DNA of 64,000 nt from a plasmid. Under the pieces are notes generated by a model, which saw nothing but the letters and a program-made list of their open reading frames with translations, ran no database searches and was not told the DNA's origin. A program made the translations under genes and the position numbers. This document shows, one piece after another, positions 11,245 to 22,061 of this stretch. The DNA is taken from the sequence record NZ_CP039562.1, one strand, 5' to 3'. Each line of letters opens with the position of its first letter. The stretch's first letter is position 1.

Positions 11245-11325
11245 AAATCGCCGATGCAGGGAGTTCAGACCTCCCTGCATCGACTGTCCATAGAATCCTT
11301 AACGGAGGTTCCTATGTGTGCGCTG
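11245..11325 (-). ncRNA. finP: FinP antisense RNA (approximate)
   Basis: Perfect 12-bp stem-loop (cgatgcagggag ttcagac ctccctgcatcg, 11252-11282) and a second hairpin overlap the traJ RBS/start. This is the FinOP fertility-inhibition architecture. Ends not mappable from sequence alone. Confidence 0.5.
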
Positions 11326-12000
11326 GATCGTAGAGAAAGGCCACTTAACAGTCAATCTGTAAATAAATACATCCTTAACGTTCAGAATATCTACAGAAAT
11401 TCTCCCGTTCCGGTTTGTGTCCGTAACAAAAACCGGAAAATCCTTTATGCCAATGGGGCTTTTATTGAACTCTTTTCCAGAGAAGATAAACCCTTATCCG
11501 GAGAGAGTTATATACGTCTGCAGGTTGAAATTTTTCTTTCATCACTTGAACTGGAATGCCAGGCTCTTGGACATGGCTCTGCATTTTGTCGTCGTTTTAA
11601 TTTTCATGGCGAAATCTATCAGATAAGGATGGAGAATGTTTCTTTTTATAATGACGAATCTGTTGTTTTATGGCAAATTAATCCGTTTCCTGATTATCCA
11701 TTTTTTGCGTTAAATCAGAGTGGAAGTAATACAAATACTTCTGACAAATTAACGATATGGAATGATCTTTCCCCCGGGACATTGCTTGTTTTCTCTTTTT
11801 ATATGCTGGGTGTTGGTCATGCAACAATTGCCAGAGAATTGGGTATTACAGACAGAGCATCTGAGGATCGAATTAAACCAGTCAAACGGAAAATAAAAGA
11901 ATTTTTTGAACACTTTGATTTATTCAGAGTGTCATGTATCTATAAAGGGGAAATAGATTCGCTATTAAATATAATTCGTGAATTTTATAGCGTTAAGTAA
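11314..12000 (+). CDS. traJ: Transfer operon activator TraJ (R100-like allele)
   Basis: 228 aa from ATG 11314 (RBS ggagg). Position between traM and traY. TraJ is allele-variable, and this one is unlike F TraJ. Confidence 0.75.
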   Translation: MCALDRRERPLNSQSVNKYILNVQNIYRNSPVPVCVRNKNRKILYANGAFIELFSREDKPLSGESYIRLQVEIFLSSLELECQALGHGSAFCRRFNFHGEIYQIRMENVSFYNDESVVLWQINPFPDYPFFALNQSGSNTNTSDKLTIWNDLSPGTLLVFSFYMLGVGHATIARELGITDRASEDRIKPVKRKIKEFFEHFDLFRVSCIYKGEIDSLLNIIREFYSVK

Positions 12001-12093
12001 ATGTTAAATAAGACACGCCAATTTTGGCGTGTTTTTTTTCGTCGGTTTCTGTGCAATCATAATTTTATTAGTCGGGAAACAGAGGTGAATTGA

Positions 12094-12321
12094 GTGAGGA
12101 GGCGTAACGCGAGAGGCGGTATAAGCAGAACGGTCTCGGTGTATCTCGATGAAGATACAAATAACCGACTTATTAAGGCCAAAGATCGTAGTGGAAGAAG
12201 TAAAACGATAGAAGTCCAGATCCGTCTCAGAGATCATCTGAAACGATTTCCTGATTTCTATAACGAAGAAATATTCAGGGAGGTGACCGAAGAGAGCGAG
12301 TCAACATTTAAAGAACTTTAG
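12094..12321 (+). CDS. traY: TraY (RHH relaxosome protein), GTG start
   Basis: 75 aa, basic, in the canonical position immediately upstream of traA. Confidence 0.75.
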   Translation: MRRRNARGGISRTVSVYLDEDTNNRLIKAKDRSGRSKTIEVQIRLRDHLKRFPDFYNEEIFREVTEESESTFKEL

Positions 12322-12354
12322 TTTTTATCTATCAATATTAAACAGAGGAATCAT

Positions 12355-12714
12355 ATGGACGCCGTTTTAAGTGTTCAGGGTGCTTCTGCGCCCGTCAAAA
12401 AGAAGTCGTTTTTTTCTAAATTCACTCGTCTGAATATGCTTCGCCTGGCTCGCGCTGTGATCCCGGCTGCTGTTCTGATGATGTTCTTCCCGCAACTGGC
12501 AATGGCAGCACAGGGCCAGGACCTGATGGCAAGCGGTAACACCACGGTTAAGGCGACCTTCGGTAAGGACTCCAGTGTTGTTAAATGGGTCGTTCTGGCT
12601 GAAGTTCTGGTCGGTGCTGTCATGTACATGATGACCAAAAACGTCAAGTTCCTGGCCGGTTTTGCCATCATCTCTGTATTTATTGCTGTGGGTATGGCCG
12701 TCGTTGGCCTCTGA
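12355..12714 (+). CDS. traA: Propilin TraA
   Basis: [84 protein letters not shown]...: an F-family pilin with a 51-aa leader. Confidence 0.93.
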
Positions 12715-12728
12715 CAGGAAATAAAACG

Positions 12729-13040
12729 ATGTCGGGAGACGAGAATAAACTTAAGAAATATCGTTTCCCGGAAACACTGACTAACCAGAGCCGCTGGTTT
12801 GGCCTGCCACTGGATGAACTGATCCCCGCAGCAATCTGTATTGGCTGGGGTATCACAACATCGAAATATCTGTTCGGTATTGGTGCAGCGGTTCTGGTTT
12901 ATTTCGGGATTAAAAAACTGAAAAAAGGGCGGGGCAGTTCCTGGTTACGTGACCTGATTTACTGGTATATGCCAACAGCCCTGCTGCGCGGTATTTTTCA
13001 TAATGTTCCCGATTCGTGTTTCCGGCAGTGGATTAAATAG
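12729..13040 (+). CDS. traL: TraL (pilus assembly)
   Basis: Gene order; small membrane protein. Confidence 0.8.
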
Positions 13041-13061
13041 AACTGATACCAGGATTGTTAT

Positions 13062-13628
13062 ATGGAACACGGTGCCCGTTTAAGTACCAGTCGTGTAATG
13101 GCCATCGCCTTTATATTTATGTCAGTGCTTATTGTTCTCAGCCTCTCTGTTAACGTCATTCAGGGGGTGAATAACTACCGTCTTCAGAATGAGCAACGCA
13201 CTGCCGTGACGCCAATGGCATTTAATGCCCCCTTTGCCGTGTCACAGAACAGTGCCGACGCCTCTTATTTACAGCAGATGGCGCTGTCATTTATTGCCCT
13301 CCGTCTGAATGTTTCATCAGAAACCGTCGATGCCTCACATCAGGCGCTTCTGCAATATATCCGCCCGGGCGCACAGAACCAGATGAAAGTTATTCTGGCT
13401 GAAGAAGCGAAGCGTATTAAAAACGATAACGTGAACTCAGCCTTTTTCCAGACCAGTGTTCGTGTCTGGCCTCAGTATGGCCGTGTGGAAATTCGTGGTG
13501 TGCTTAAAACCTGGATTGGTGATTCAAAACCTTTCACTGATATTAAACATTACATCCTTATTCTGAAGCGGGAAAACGGGGTGACCTGGCTGGATAATTT
13601 CGGGGAAACAGACGATGAGAAAAAATAA
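13062..13628 (+). CDS. traE: TraE
   Basis: 188 aa, N-terminal TM, in order. Confidence 0.85.
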   Translation: MEHGARLSTSRVMAIAFIFMSVLIVLSLSVNVIQGVNNYRLQNEQRTAVTPMAFNAPFAVSQNSADASYLQQMALSFIALRLNVSSETVDASHQALLQYIRPGAQNQMKVILAEEAKRIKNDNVNSAFFQTSVRVWPQYGRVEIRGVLKTWIGDSKPFTDIKHYILILKRENGVTWLDNFGETDDEKK

Positions 13629-14343
13629 TACAGCAATAATATTAGGCGGCCTGTTTTTTTCCTGCAGCGTGATGGCCGGAGTCGGTACGCTGGCCCCCAC
13701 CGTGGTGCCAATGGTGAACGGTGGTCAGGCCAGTATTGCCATCAGCAATACCAGCCCGAATCTGTTTACCGTTCCCGGTGACCGGATTATCGCCGTGAAC
13801 AGTCTGGATGGTGCCCTGACCAATAATGAGCAGACCGCCTCCGGCGGTGTGGTGGTGGCCACCGTCAACAAAAAGCCCTTTACGTTCATTCTGGAAACAG
13901 AACGTGGTCTGAATCTTTCCATTCAGGCCGTTCCCCGTGAAGGCGCGGGGCGTACCATTCAGCTGGTCAGTGACCTGCGCGGAACCGGAGAAGAAGCCGG
14001 TGCGTGGGAAACGTCCACGCCTTACGAATCCCTGCTTGTGACCATCAGCCAGGCCGTCCGTGGCGGAAAATTACCCGCAGGCTGGTATCAGGTCCCGGTG
14101 ACAAAGGAAACCCTGCAGGCCCCGGCGGGGCTGTCTTCAGTGGCAGATGCCGTATGGACGGGGAATCACCTGAAGATGGTCCGCTTTGCCGTGGAAAATA
14201 AAACGCTGTCTGCCCTGAATATCCGGGAAAGTGACTTCTGGCAGCCGGGAACCCGTGCCGTGATGTTCAGCCAGCCTGCCAGCCAGTTACTGGCAGGTGC
14301 GCGCATGGATGTGTATGTCATCCGTGACGGGGAGGGCAACTGA
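13615..14343 (+). CDS. traK: TraK (secretin-like)
   Basis: 242 aa, signal peptide, in order. Confidence 0.85.
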   Translation: MRKNNTAIILGGLFFSCSVMAGVGTLAPTVVPMVNGGQASIAISNTSPNLFTVPGDRIIAVNSLDGALTNNEQTASGGVVVATVNKKPFTFILETERGLNLSIQAVPREGAGRTIQLVSDLRGTGEEAGAWETSTPYESLLVTISQAVRGGKLPAGWYQVPVTKETLQAPAGLSSVADAVWTGNHLKMVRFAVENKTLSALNIRESDFWQPGTRAVMFSQPASQLLAGARMDVYVIRDGEGN

Positions 14344-15770
14344 TGGCCAGTATCAATACCATTGTGAAACGCAAGCAGTACCTGTGGCTGGGGATTGTGG
14401 TTGTCGGTACAGCCTCCGCGATTGGTGGGGCACTGTATCTGTCTGATGTGGACATGTCCGGTAACGGTGAAACCGTGGCTGAACAGGAGCCTGTGCCGGA
14501 TATGACCGGTGTGGTGGATACGACCTTTGATGACAAGGTGCGTCAGCATGCCACCACCGAGATGCAGGTGACGGCAGCGCAGATGCAGAAGCAGTATGAG
14601 GAAATCCGTCGTGAGCTGGATGTTCTGAACAAACAGCGCGGTGATGACCAGCGTCGTATTGAAAAGTTGGGACAGGACAATGCCGCCCTGGCAGAGCAGG
14701 TAAAAGCCCTGGGTGCTAATCCCGTCACGGCGACCGGTGAGCCTGTACCGCAGATGCCTGCCTCACCGCCCGGCCCGGAAGGCGAACCACAGCCAGGAAA
14801 CACCCCCGTATCCTTCCCGCCGCAGGGCAGCGTTGCTGTTCCACCGCCGACAGCGTTTTATCCCGGGAATGGTGTCACGCCACCACCACAGGTGACGTAC
14901 CAGTCTGTGCCGGTGCCTAACCGGATACAGCGTAAGGTGTTTACCCGTAATGAGGGAAAACAGGGACCATCACTGCCGTACATTCCGTCAGGAAGTTTTG
15001 CGAAAGCCATGCTGATTGAAGGGGCGGATGCCAATGCCTCTGTCACCGGTAATGAATCCACGGTGCCGATGCAGCTGCGTATCACCGGCCTGGTGGAAAT
15101 GCCGAACAGCAAGACGTATGACGCAACGGGATGTTTTGTGGGTCTGGAAGCCTGGGGGGATGTGTCCAGTGAGCGTGCCATTGTACGCACCCGCAATATC
15201 AGTTGCCTGAAGGACGGCAAAACTATTGATATGCCGATTAAGGGGCATGTCAGCTTCCGGGGTAAAAACGGTATCAAGGGCGAAGTGGTGATGCGTAACG
15301 GCAAAATCCTCGGCTGGGCATGGGGCGCGGGATTTGTTGACGGTATCGGTCAGGGAATGGAGCGCGCCTCCCAGCCGGCTGTCGGGCTGGGTGCCACAGC
15401 CGCTTACGGGGCTGGTGATGTCCTGAAAATGGGTATCGGTGGCGGCGCATCGAAAGCCGCACAGACGCTCAGTGACTACTACATCAAACGTGCCGAACAG
15501 TATCACCCGGTGATACCGATTGGTGCGGGCAACGAAGTGACCGTGGTGTTCCAGGACGGCTTCCAGCTGAAAACCGTGGAAGAGATGGCGCTGGAACGCA
15601 CGCAGAGCAGAGCGGAAGAAGACAATCCGGAAAGTCCGGTTCCTGTTCCGCCATCGGCTGAAAGTCATCTTAACGGCTTTAATACTGACCAGATGCTGAA
15701 GCAGCTGGGCAACCTGAATCCGCAGCAGTTTATGTCCGGCAGCCAGGGAGGGGGCAACGATGGCAAATAA
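14343..15770 (+). CDS. traB: TraB (VirB10-like)
   Basis: 475 aa with a Pro-rich linker and a C-terminal VirB10 domain. Confidence 0.9.
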   Translation: MASINTIVKRKQYLWLGIVVVGTASAIGGALYLSDVDMSGNGETVAEQEPVPDMTGVVDTTFDDKVRQHATTEMQVTAAQMQKQYEEIRRELDVLNKQRGDDQRRIEKLGQDNAALAEQVKALGANPVTATGEPVPQMPASPPGPEGEPQPGNTPVSFPPQGSVAVPPPTAFYPGNGVTPPPQVTYQSVPVPNRIQRKVFTRNEGKQGPSLPYIPSGSFAKAMLIEGADANASVTGNESTVPMQLRITGLVEMPNSKTYDATGCFVGLEAWGDVSSERAIVRTRNISCLKDGKTIDMPIKGHVSFRGKNGIKGEVVMRNGKILGWAWGAGFVDGIGQGMERASQPAVGLGATAAYGAGDVLKMGIGGGASKAAQTLSDYYIKRAEQYHPVIPIGAGNEVTVVFQDGFQLKTVEEMALERTQSRAEEDNPESPVPVPPSAESHLNGFNTDQMLKQLGNLNPQQFMSGSQGGGNDGK

Positions 15771-16350
15771 TATGTCGTCCCGTCAGGCGTGCCATGCCGC
15801 CCGGTATGTTGTCGCCCGGGTTCTGCGAGGACTGTTCTGGTGTCTGAAGTACACCGTCATTCTGCCACTGGCCACAATGGCCCTGATGGCTCTGTTTGTT
15901 TTATGGAAGGACAACACCACGCCGGGGAAATTACTGGTTAAGGAGATTAACTTCGTAAGACAAACAGCACCTGCCGGACAGTTCCCGGTCAGTGAATGCT
16001 GGTTTTCTTCCTCTGATTCTTCAGGCAGATCAGAAATACAGGATATCTGCCATTACCGCGCGGCTGATGCTGCAGATTATGTCAGGGAGACTGACCGGTC
16101 ACTGATGCAACTGGTCACCGCATTATGGGCAACACTGGCACTGATGTATGTCTCGCTGGCAGCGATCACCGGGAAATATCCGGTGCGACCAGGAAAAATG
16201 AAATGTATCCGGGTGGTAACCGCAGATGAACATCTGAAGGAAGTTTATACGGAAGACGCTTCCCTGCCGGGAAAAATCAGGAAATGCCCTGTTTATCTTC
16301 CTGATGACAGAACAAACAGAAACAACGGAGATAAAAATGAACATGCGTAA
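15760..16350 (+). CDS. traP: TraP
   Basis: 196 aa membrane protein, in order. Confidence 0.7.
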   Translation: MANNMSSRQACHAARYVVARVLRGLFWCLKYTVILPLATMALMALFVLWKDNTTPGKLLVKEINFVRQTAPAGQFPVSECWFSSSDSSGRSEIQDICHYRAADAADYVRETDRSLMQLVTALWATLALMYVSLAAITGKYPVRPGKMKCIRVVTADEHLKEVYTEDASLPGKIRKCPVYLPDDRTNRNNGDKNEHA

Positions 16351-16657
16351 TATTAATGTTATTACAGCCCTCTCTGTGCCGGGTAAAACCGTGTCAGATG
16401 ATTTTATTCATGCTGTTCTCAGTAACTGCGCCACAAGAATCGTACTTCCTGCACCGGAGAAATTCGGTTCTGAGTCATTGCCGGACAATTTTAATATGGC
16501 TGCTGTCGGTGTGATGAAGAAGGGTATGTCGATGAGTTTATTTTCTTCTCCGGGGCATATTGTGGTTGCCGGACAATCCGGTGGCGGAAAATCTGTTCCG
16601 GTGAAAGAACTAATCGACAGAATTATTCAGAAATATAAGGAGCCCTTCGATGAATAA
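16337..16657 (+). CDS. trbD: TrbD-position ORF; start uncertain (ATG 16337, or 16304 as in the track)
   Basis: Occupies the trbD slot between traP and trbG. Confidence 0.45.
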   Translation: MNMRNINVITALSVPGKTVSDDFIHAVLSNCATRIVLPAPEKFGSESLPDNFNMAAVGVMKKGMSMSLFSSPGHIVVAGQSGGGKSVPVKELIDRIIQKYKEPFDE

Positions 16658-16901
16658 GCTGGTTTCTGATGGCAGCGTCAAAAAAATAAATTATCCGGTG
16701 CTGTATGAGTCCGGAATAACACCTCCGTTATGTGAAGTCAGTGCACCAGAACCTGATGCGGGTGGGAAACGCATTGTGGCATATGTTTATAAATCATCAC
16801 GGAGTACGGTTTTTGAAAATCCTGACATTGTAAAAACCTGTACGGTCAGGGATTTGAAGAAGGATTTTGTGAACTGCGATGAGAAAGGTGAGGGACAATG
16901 A
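16650..16901 (+). CDS. trbG: TrbG
   Basis: 83 aa, exact F TrbG length, in order. Confidence 0.6.
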   Translation: MNKLVSDGSVKKINYPVLYESGITPPLCEVSAPEPDAGGKRIVAYVYKSSRSTVFENPDIVKTCTVRDLKKDFVNCDEKGEGQ

Positions 16902-17413
16902 AACAGATTTCTTTCTTTATTCCTCTGCTGGGGACCTTATTACTTTCCGGCTGTGCCGGAACCAGTACGGAATTTGAGTGTAACGCCACCACATCCGATA
17001 CCTGTATGACGATGGAGCAGGCCAATGAGAAGGCCAAAAAACTGGAGCAGTCCTCAGAAGCAAAGCCGGTTGCGGCATCACTGCCGCGCCTGGCTGAAGG
17101 GAACTTCCGGACAATGCCGGTGCAGACCGTCACCGCGACCACTCCGTCCGGCGGCAGACCTGCGGTGACAGCACATCCGGAGCAGAAACTGCTGGCACCA
17201 CGCCCGCTGTTTACCGCTGCCCGGGAAGTGAAAACGGTTGTTCCGGTCAGTTCAGTTACGCCGGTAACACCTCCTCGTCCGCTAAGAACGGGTGAGCAGA
17301 CGGCAGCATTATGGATAGCGCCTTATATTGATAACCAGGATGTTTATCATCAGCCATCCAGCGTGTTTTTTGTTATTAAACCGTCTGCGTGGGGAAAACC
17401 ACGTATTAATTAA
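16898..17413 (+). CDS. traV: TraV outer-membrane lipoprotein
   Basis: 171 aa with lipobox LLSGC (MKQISFFIPLLGTLLLSGCAG). Confidence 0.88.
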   Translation: MKQISFFIPLLGTLLLSGCAGTSTEFECNATTSDTCMTMEQANEKAKKLEQSSEAKPVAASLPRLAEGNFRTMPVQTVTATTPSGGRPAVTAHPEQKLLAPRPLFTAAREVKTVVPVSSVTPVTPPRPLRTGEQTAALWIAPYIDNQDVYHQPSSVFFVIKPSAWGKPRIN

Positions 17414-17547
17414 CTGGCCCTGAAGTTGTATATCAGCCGGCAATGCCGGCGGGCTTTCTGTATTCAAAATCTGCCTGTAAAACGAGTGCCCTGTGCGTGA
17501 AAAGGGATGGGCGGTAGCGTGTCAGAACATGTCGGGAGGAATATTCC

Positions 17548-17769
17548 GTGAGTGATGAAGCCGATGAAGCATATTCAGTGACAGAACAACTGACCATGAC
17601 AGGAATAAACCGGATACGCCAGAAAATAAATGTTCATGGTATTCCTGTTTATCTTTGTGAAGCATGCGGAAATCCTATTCCGGAAGCCCGGCGGAAAATA
17701 TTTCCCGGTGTGACGTTGTGCGTTGAATGTCAGGCGTATCAGGAAAGGCAGAGGAAACACTATGCATAA
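17548..17769 (+). CDS. traR: TraR (DksA/TraR C4 zinc finger)
   Basis: 73 aa with CEACGNPIP...CVEC. Confidence 0.88.
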   Translation: MSDEADEAYSVTEQLTMTGINRIRQKINVHGIPVYLCEACGNPIPEARRKIFPGVTLCVECQAYQERQRKHYA

Positions 17770-18238
17770 ATCAGAAAATGAAAAAATAGATTTTATTCTG
17801 GATGAGCATGAGCGGATATTCAGAAAACAGGGTTCTTTGTGTATGGCACTGGGTAAGGGCTTTTTAGTTATAGCTATTCTTTGTGGTGTTGCCACATTCT
17901 GTGTTTCTGGCCTGTATCTGAAATCCCTGTGCCTGTCTGTTGCCTGCTGTTGTGGGGTATTCAGTCGTATTTTTAATTATTACAGCGTACCGGAGGAATC
18001 ACGCATGGTACTCAGTCGTCAGGAATTACTCCGGCTTATGCGTCTGACTGAAGACGTACCAGATGTGAGACAGGAACAGCTTAACCGTTTGTTGTCCGGT
18101 AAAAAACTGACTGGTCGGGATGAAAAGGATATCCGGCATCTCTGGCAGGAGAAAGTGGATGCAATGCAGGAGTCTGCCACCCGTCAGCGTGAACAGGATA
18201 CTATTCGGAAGTTTACTGGAGGGAATAAATCCGAATGA
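17723..18238 (+). CDS. Hypothetical membrane protein in the variable traR-traC interval (start may be Met at 17762)
   Basis: Two predicted TM helices and a charged, coiled-coil-like C-terminus. No recognisable family. Confidence 0.4.
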   Translation: MNVRRIRKGRGNTMHKSENEKIDFILDEHERIFRKQGSLCMALGKGFLVIAILCGVATFCVSGLYLKSLCLSVACCCGVFSRIFNYYSVPEESRMVLSRQELLRLMRLTEDVPDVRQEQLNRLLSGKKLTGRDEKDIRHLWQEKVDAMQESATRQREQDTIRKFTGGNKSE

Positions 18239-18286
18239 GAATCTGCAGTGTTTTATGACCTCATAAGTTAACTGAAGGGATATTCA

Positions 18287-18532
18287 GTGATTAATATACA
18301 AGCGGAGGTAATAAAGAATGCATACCTTTATTTTTCTTGTGCTGATAAAAATATTAACGGTGGCGGAAGCTGGAATATTACACCCATGCCAAATACGGAC
18401 GTATGCGTGCAGGTTCTTCGGACAATCGAATCACACGGAGGCAGGGGATTTGGAAATACAGGGGAATGTATTGAAGTTAAAACAAATAAACCTTTGAACA
18501 ACGTGATGGATACACTGAATGGGGGGCAATGA
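18287..18532 (+). CDS. Hypothetical 81-aa protein (traR-traC variable interval)
   Basis: ORF with a plausible RBS; its stop overlaps the next ORF's start. Confidence 0.3.
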   Translation: MINIQAEVIKNAYLYFSCADKNINGGGSWNITPMPNTDVCVQVLRTIESHGGRGFGNTGECIEVKTNKPLNNVMDTLNGGQ

Positions 18533-18922
18533 GTGCTTACTGCTTCAAAGGAAAATGAAATGAAGTCGATATATTTAGAATCTGTTCTGGCTTTTATATT
18601 TGTTGGCGTTATGGCTATGTTGATATGTGGTCTTTTTTACAATGACTACCTTGAGCAACAACCTGCAACACCAGAACAACTGACAGAGATTACACAGGAT
18701 ATCCCCTGTGCAGCAGAAGCATTTAAGGAAGCTATTAAGTCTGACACATCTGATTATCAGCCTGAACCTTTAAGTCTTGGTAAGGCAAAAGAGCTTGCAT
18801 CAGCGTGTAGAGAAAGAAACGAAATGGCAGAGGTGAAACGGGTAAGAGAAAATGAGCGCAATAAGATTCGCGAAAAACAAATTCAGGCATTAAATGATGC
18901 TCATTCAGTAAAGGAACGTTAA
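18533..18922 (+). CDS. Hypothetical membrane-anchored protein (traR-traC variable interval)
   Basis: N-terminal TM (SIYLESVLAFIFVGVMAMLICGLFY) and a Lys/Glu-rich C-terminus. Confidence 0.4.
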   Translation: MLTASKENEMKSIYLESVLAFIFVGVMAMLICGLFYNDYLEQQPATPEQLTEITQDIPCAAEAFKEAIKSDTSDYQPEPLSLGKAKELASACRERNEMAEVKRVRENERNKIREKQIQALNDAHSVKER

Positions 18923-19047
18923 TCCTGGTTTCCTGTTAAAAGCCTCCATCTCTTATTTGTGCTGTGGTTTCAGGAATGGCACTGCGTGATATATCCACGG
19001 CCACAGACTGATATTTTCCTTTTTTAAACGCACTAAGGAATACTCAT

Positions 19048-21678
19048 ATGAGTAATAACCCACTTGAGGCCGTCACTCAGGCGGTTAACTCCCTCGTCAC
19101 AGCACTGAAACTGCCTGACGAATCCGCAAAGGCCAATGAAGTTCTGGGCGAAATGAGCTTCCCGCAGTTCAGTCGTCTGCTGCCGTACCGTGATTACAAC
19201 CAGGAATCCGGTCTGTTCATGAATGACACCACGATGGGCTTTATGCTGGAAGCCATTCCCATCAATGGGGCGAATGAGTCCATTGTGGAGGCCCTCGATC
19301 ACATGCTGCGCACCAAACTGCCGCGCGGGGTGCCGTTCTGCATCCATCTGATGTCCAGTCAGCTGGTTGGTGACAGGATTGAATACGGGCTGCGTGAGTT
19401 CTCCTGGTCGGGTGAACAGGCTGAACGGTTTAACGCCATTACCCGGGCTTATTATATGAATGCGGCAGCGACACAGTTTCCGCTGCCGGAGGGGATGAAT
19501 CTGCCCCTGACCCTGCGCCATTACCGGGTATTCTTCTCGTACTGTTCTCCCTCGAAGAAAAAAAGCCGGGCTGATATTCTGGAAATGGAAAACCTGGTGA
19601 AAATCATCCGGGCGTCGTTACAGGGGGCCAGTATCACCACACAGGCGGTGGATGCACAGGCCTTTATCGATATTGTCGGGGAGATGATTAACCATAACCC
19701 GGACTCCCTGTATCCGAAAAGACGTCAGCTGGACCCGTATTCTGATCTGAATTATCAGTGTGTGGAGGACAGTTTTGATCTGAAAGTCCGGGCGGATTAC
19801 CTGACGCTGGGCCTGCGTGAGAAGGGCAGGAACAGCACGGCCCGCATCCTGAATTTCCATCTGGCCCGTAACCCGGAAATCGCCTTCCTGTGGAACATGG
19901 CCGACAACTACAGCAACCTGCTGAACCCGGAACTGTCCATCTCCTGTCCGTTCATCCTGACGCTGACTCTGGTGGTGGAAGACCAGGTGAAAACCCACAG
20001 CGAAGCCAACCTGAAGTACATGGACCTGGAGAAAAAGTCGAAGACCTCCTATGCCAAATGGTTTCCGTCCGTGGAGAAAGAGGCGAAGGAGTGGGGGGAA
20101 CTGCGTCAGCGGCTGGGCTCCGGTCAGTCCTCTGTCGTGTCCTACTTCCTCAACATCACAGCCTTCTGCAAGGACAATAATGAAACGGCACTGGAAGTGG
20201 AGCAGGACATCCTGAACAGCTTCCGTAAAAACGGTTTTGAGCTGATTTCACCGCGCTTTAACCACATGCGCAATTTCCTGACCTGTCTGCCCTTTATGGC
20301 CGGGAAAGGGTTGTTTAAACAGCTGAAAGAGGCCGGAGTGGTACAGCGCGCAGAGAGCTTTAATGTGGCCAACCTGATGCCGTTAGTGGCGGATAACCCC
20401 CTGACACCGGCAGGTCTGCTGGCACCCACCTACCGTAACCAGCTGGCGTTTATCGATATTTTCTTCCGGGGGATGAATAACACCAACTATAACATGGCGG
20501 TCTGTGGCACCTCCGGGGCCGGTAAAACCGGGCTGATACAGCCACTTATCCGCAGCGTGCTGGACTCCGGGGGCTTTGCCGTGGTGTTCGACATGGGGGA
20601 TGGCTACAAGTCCCTGTGTGAGAACATGGGGGGCGTATATCTGGACGGTGAAACCCTGCGCTTTAACCCGTTTGCGAACATCACCGATATTGACCAGTCA
20701 GCGGAGCGTGTCCGCGACCAGCTGTCGGTGATGGCCAGCCCCAACGGTAACCTGGATGAAGTGCATGAAGGTCTGCTGCTGCAGGCAGTCAGGGCATCAT
20801 GGCTGGCCAAAGAGAACAGGGCACGTATTGATGACGTGGTGGATTTCCTGAAAAACGCCAGTGACAGCGAGCAGTATGCCGAGTCACCGACCATCCGCAG
20901 CCGTCTGGACGAAATGATTGTGCTGCTTGACCAGTACACTGCTAACGGCACTTATGGCCAGTATTTCAACTCCGATGAGCCGTCCCTGCGGGATGATGCG
21001 AAAATGGTGGTGCTGGAGCTGGGCGGACTGGAAGACCGTCCGTCCCTGCTGGTTGCGGTGATGTTCAGCCTTATCATTTACATTGAGAACCGGATGTACC
21101 GCACGCCGCGTAACCTCAAGAAACTGAACGTCATTGATGAAGGCTGGCGTCTGCTGGACTTCAAAAATCACAAGGTCGGTGAATTTATTGAGAAAGGCTA
21201 CCGTACCGCCCGCCGTCATACCGGTGCCTATATCACCATCACACAGAACATCGTCGACTTTGACTCTGACAAGGCCTCCAGTGCGGCCCGTGCAGCATGG
21301 GGTAACTCCTCCTACAAAATTATCCTCAAACAGAGTGCGAAGGAGTTCGCGAAATACAACCAGCTGTATCCGGACCAGTTCCTGCCACTGCAGCGTGACA
21401 TGATTGGTAAGTTCGGTGCGGCCAAAGATCAGTGGTTCAGTTCCTTCCTGCTGCAGGTGGAAAACCATTCCTCCTGGCACCGCCTGTTTGTTGACCCGTT
21501 AAGCCGCGCCATGTACAGCTCTGACGGCCCGGATTTTGAGTTTGTGCAGCAGAAACGTAAAGAGGGGCTGAGTATTCATGAGGCGGTGTGGCAGCTGGCG
21601 TGGAAGAAGTCAGGGCCGGAGATGGCTTCGCTGGAAGCCTGGCTGGAAGAACATGAGAAATACAGGAGTGTGGCATGA
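19048..21678 (+). CDS. traC: TraC (VirB4-like ATPase)
   Basis: 876 aa with Walker A GTSGAGKT. Confidence 0.96.
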   Translation: MSNNPLEAVTQAVNSLVTALKLPDESAKANEVLGEMSFPQFSRLLPYRDYNQESGLFMNDTTMGFMLEAIPINGANESIVEALDHMLRTKLPRGVPFCIHLMSSQLVGDRIEYGLREFSWSGEQAERFNAITRAYYMNAAATQFPLPEGMNLPLTLRHYRVFFSYCSPSKKKSRADILEMENLVKIIRASLQGASITTQAVDAQAFIDIVGEMINHNPDSLYPKRRQLDPYSDLNYQCVEDSFDLKVRADYLTLGLREKGRNSTARILNFHLARNPEIAFLWNMADNYSNLLNPELSISCPFILTLTLVVEDQVKTHSEANLKYMDLEKKSKTSYAKWFPSVEKEAKEWGELRQRLGSGQSSVVSYFLNITAFCKDNNETALEVEQDILNSFRKNGFELISPRFNHMRNFLTCLPFMAGKGLFKQLKEAGVVQRAESFNVANLMPLVADNPLTPAGLLAPTYRNQLAFIDIFFRGMNNTNYNMAVCGTSGAGKTGLIQPLIRSVLDSGGFAVVFDMGDGYKSLCENMGGVYLDGETLRFNPFANITDIDQSAERVRDQLSVMASPNGNLDEVHEGLLLQAVRASWLAKENRARIDDVVDFLKNASDSEQYAESPTIRSRLDEMIVLLDQYTANGTYGQYFNSDEPSLRDDAKMVVLELGGLEDRPSLLVAVMFSLIIYIENRMYRTPRNLKKLNVIDEGWRLLDFKNHKVGEFIEKGYRTARRHTGAYITITQNIVDFDSDKASSAARAAWGNSSYKIILKQSAKEFAKYNQLYPDQFLPLQRDMIGKFGAAKDQWFSSFLLQVENHSSWHRLFVDPLSRAMYSSDGPDFEFVQQKRKEGLSIHEAVWQLAWKKSGPEMASLEAWLEEHEKYRSVA

Positions 21679-22061
21679 CCACAACGCAAAAAACGACTGA
21701 CGTTACAGCCCGTCGACGCAGCCACTGGTGGTGGGCGGTGCCGGGATGCCTGGCAATGGTGTTACTGAACGCAGCCATCAGTTACGGCATTGTCAGACTG
21801 AACGCACCGGTGACTGCCGCCTTCAACATGAAACAGACCGTGGATGCGTTTTTTGACAGCGCCAGTCAGAAACAACTGTCAGAAGCACAGTCAAAAGCCC
21901 TTTCAGCGCGTTTTAACACGGCACTGGAAGCCAGCCTGCAGGTATGGCAGCAGAAACACCACGCGGTCATTCTGGTGTCGCCTGCCGTGGTACAGGGGGC
22001 ACCGGATATCACCCGGGAAATCCAGCAGGATATCGCCCGGCGAATGAGGGCGGAGCCATGA
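21675..22061 (+). CDS. trbI: TrbI
   Basis: 128 aa, in order. Confidence 0.8.
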   Translation: MTTTQKTTDVTARRRSHWWWAVPGCLAMVLLNAAISYGIVRLNAPVTAAFNMKQTVDAFFDSASQKQLSEAQSKALSARFNTALEASLQVWQQKHHAVILVSPAVVQGAPDITREIQQDIARRMRAEP

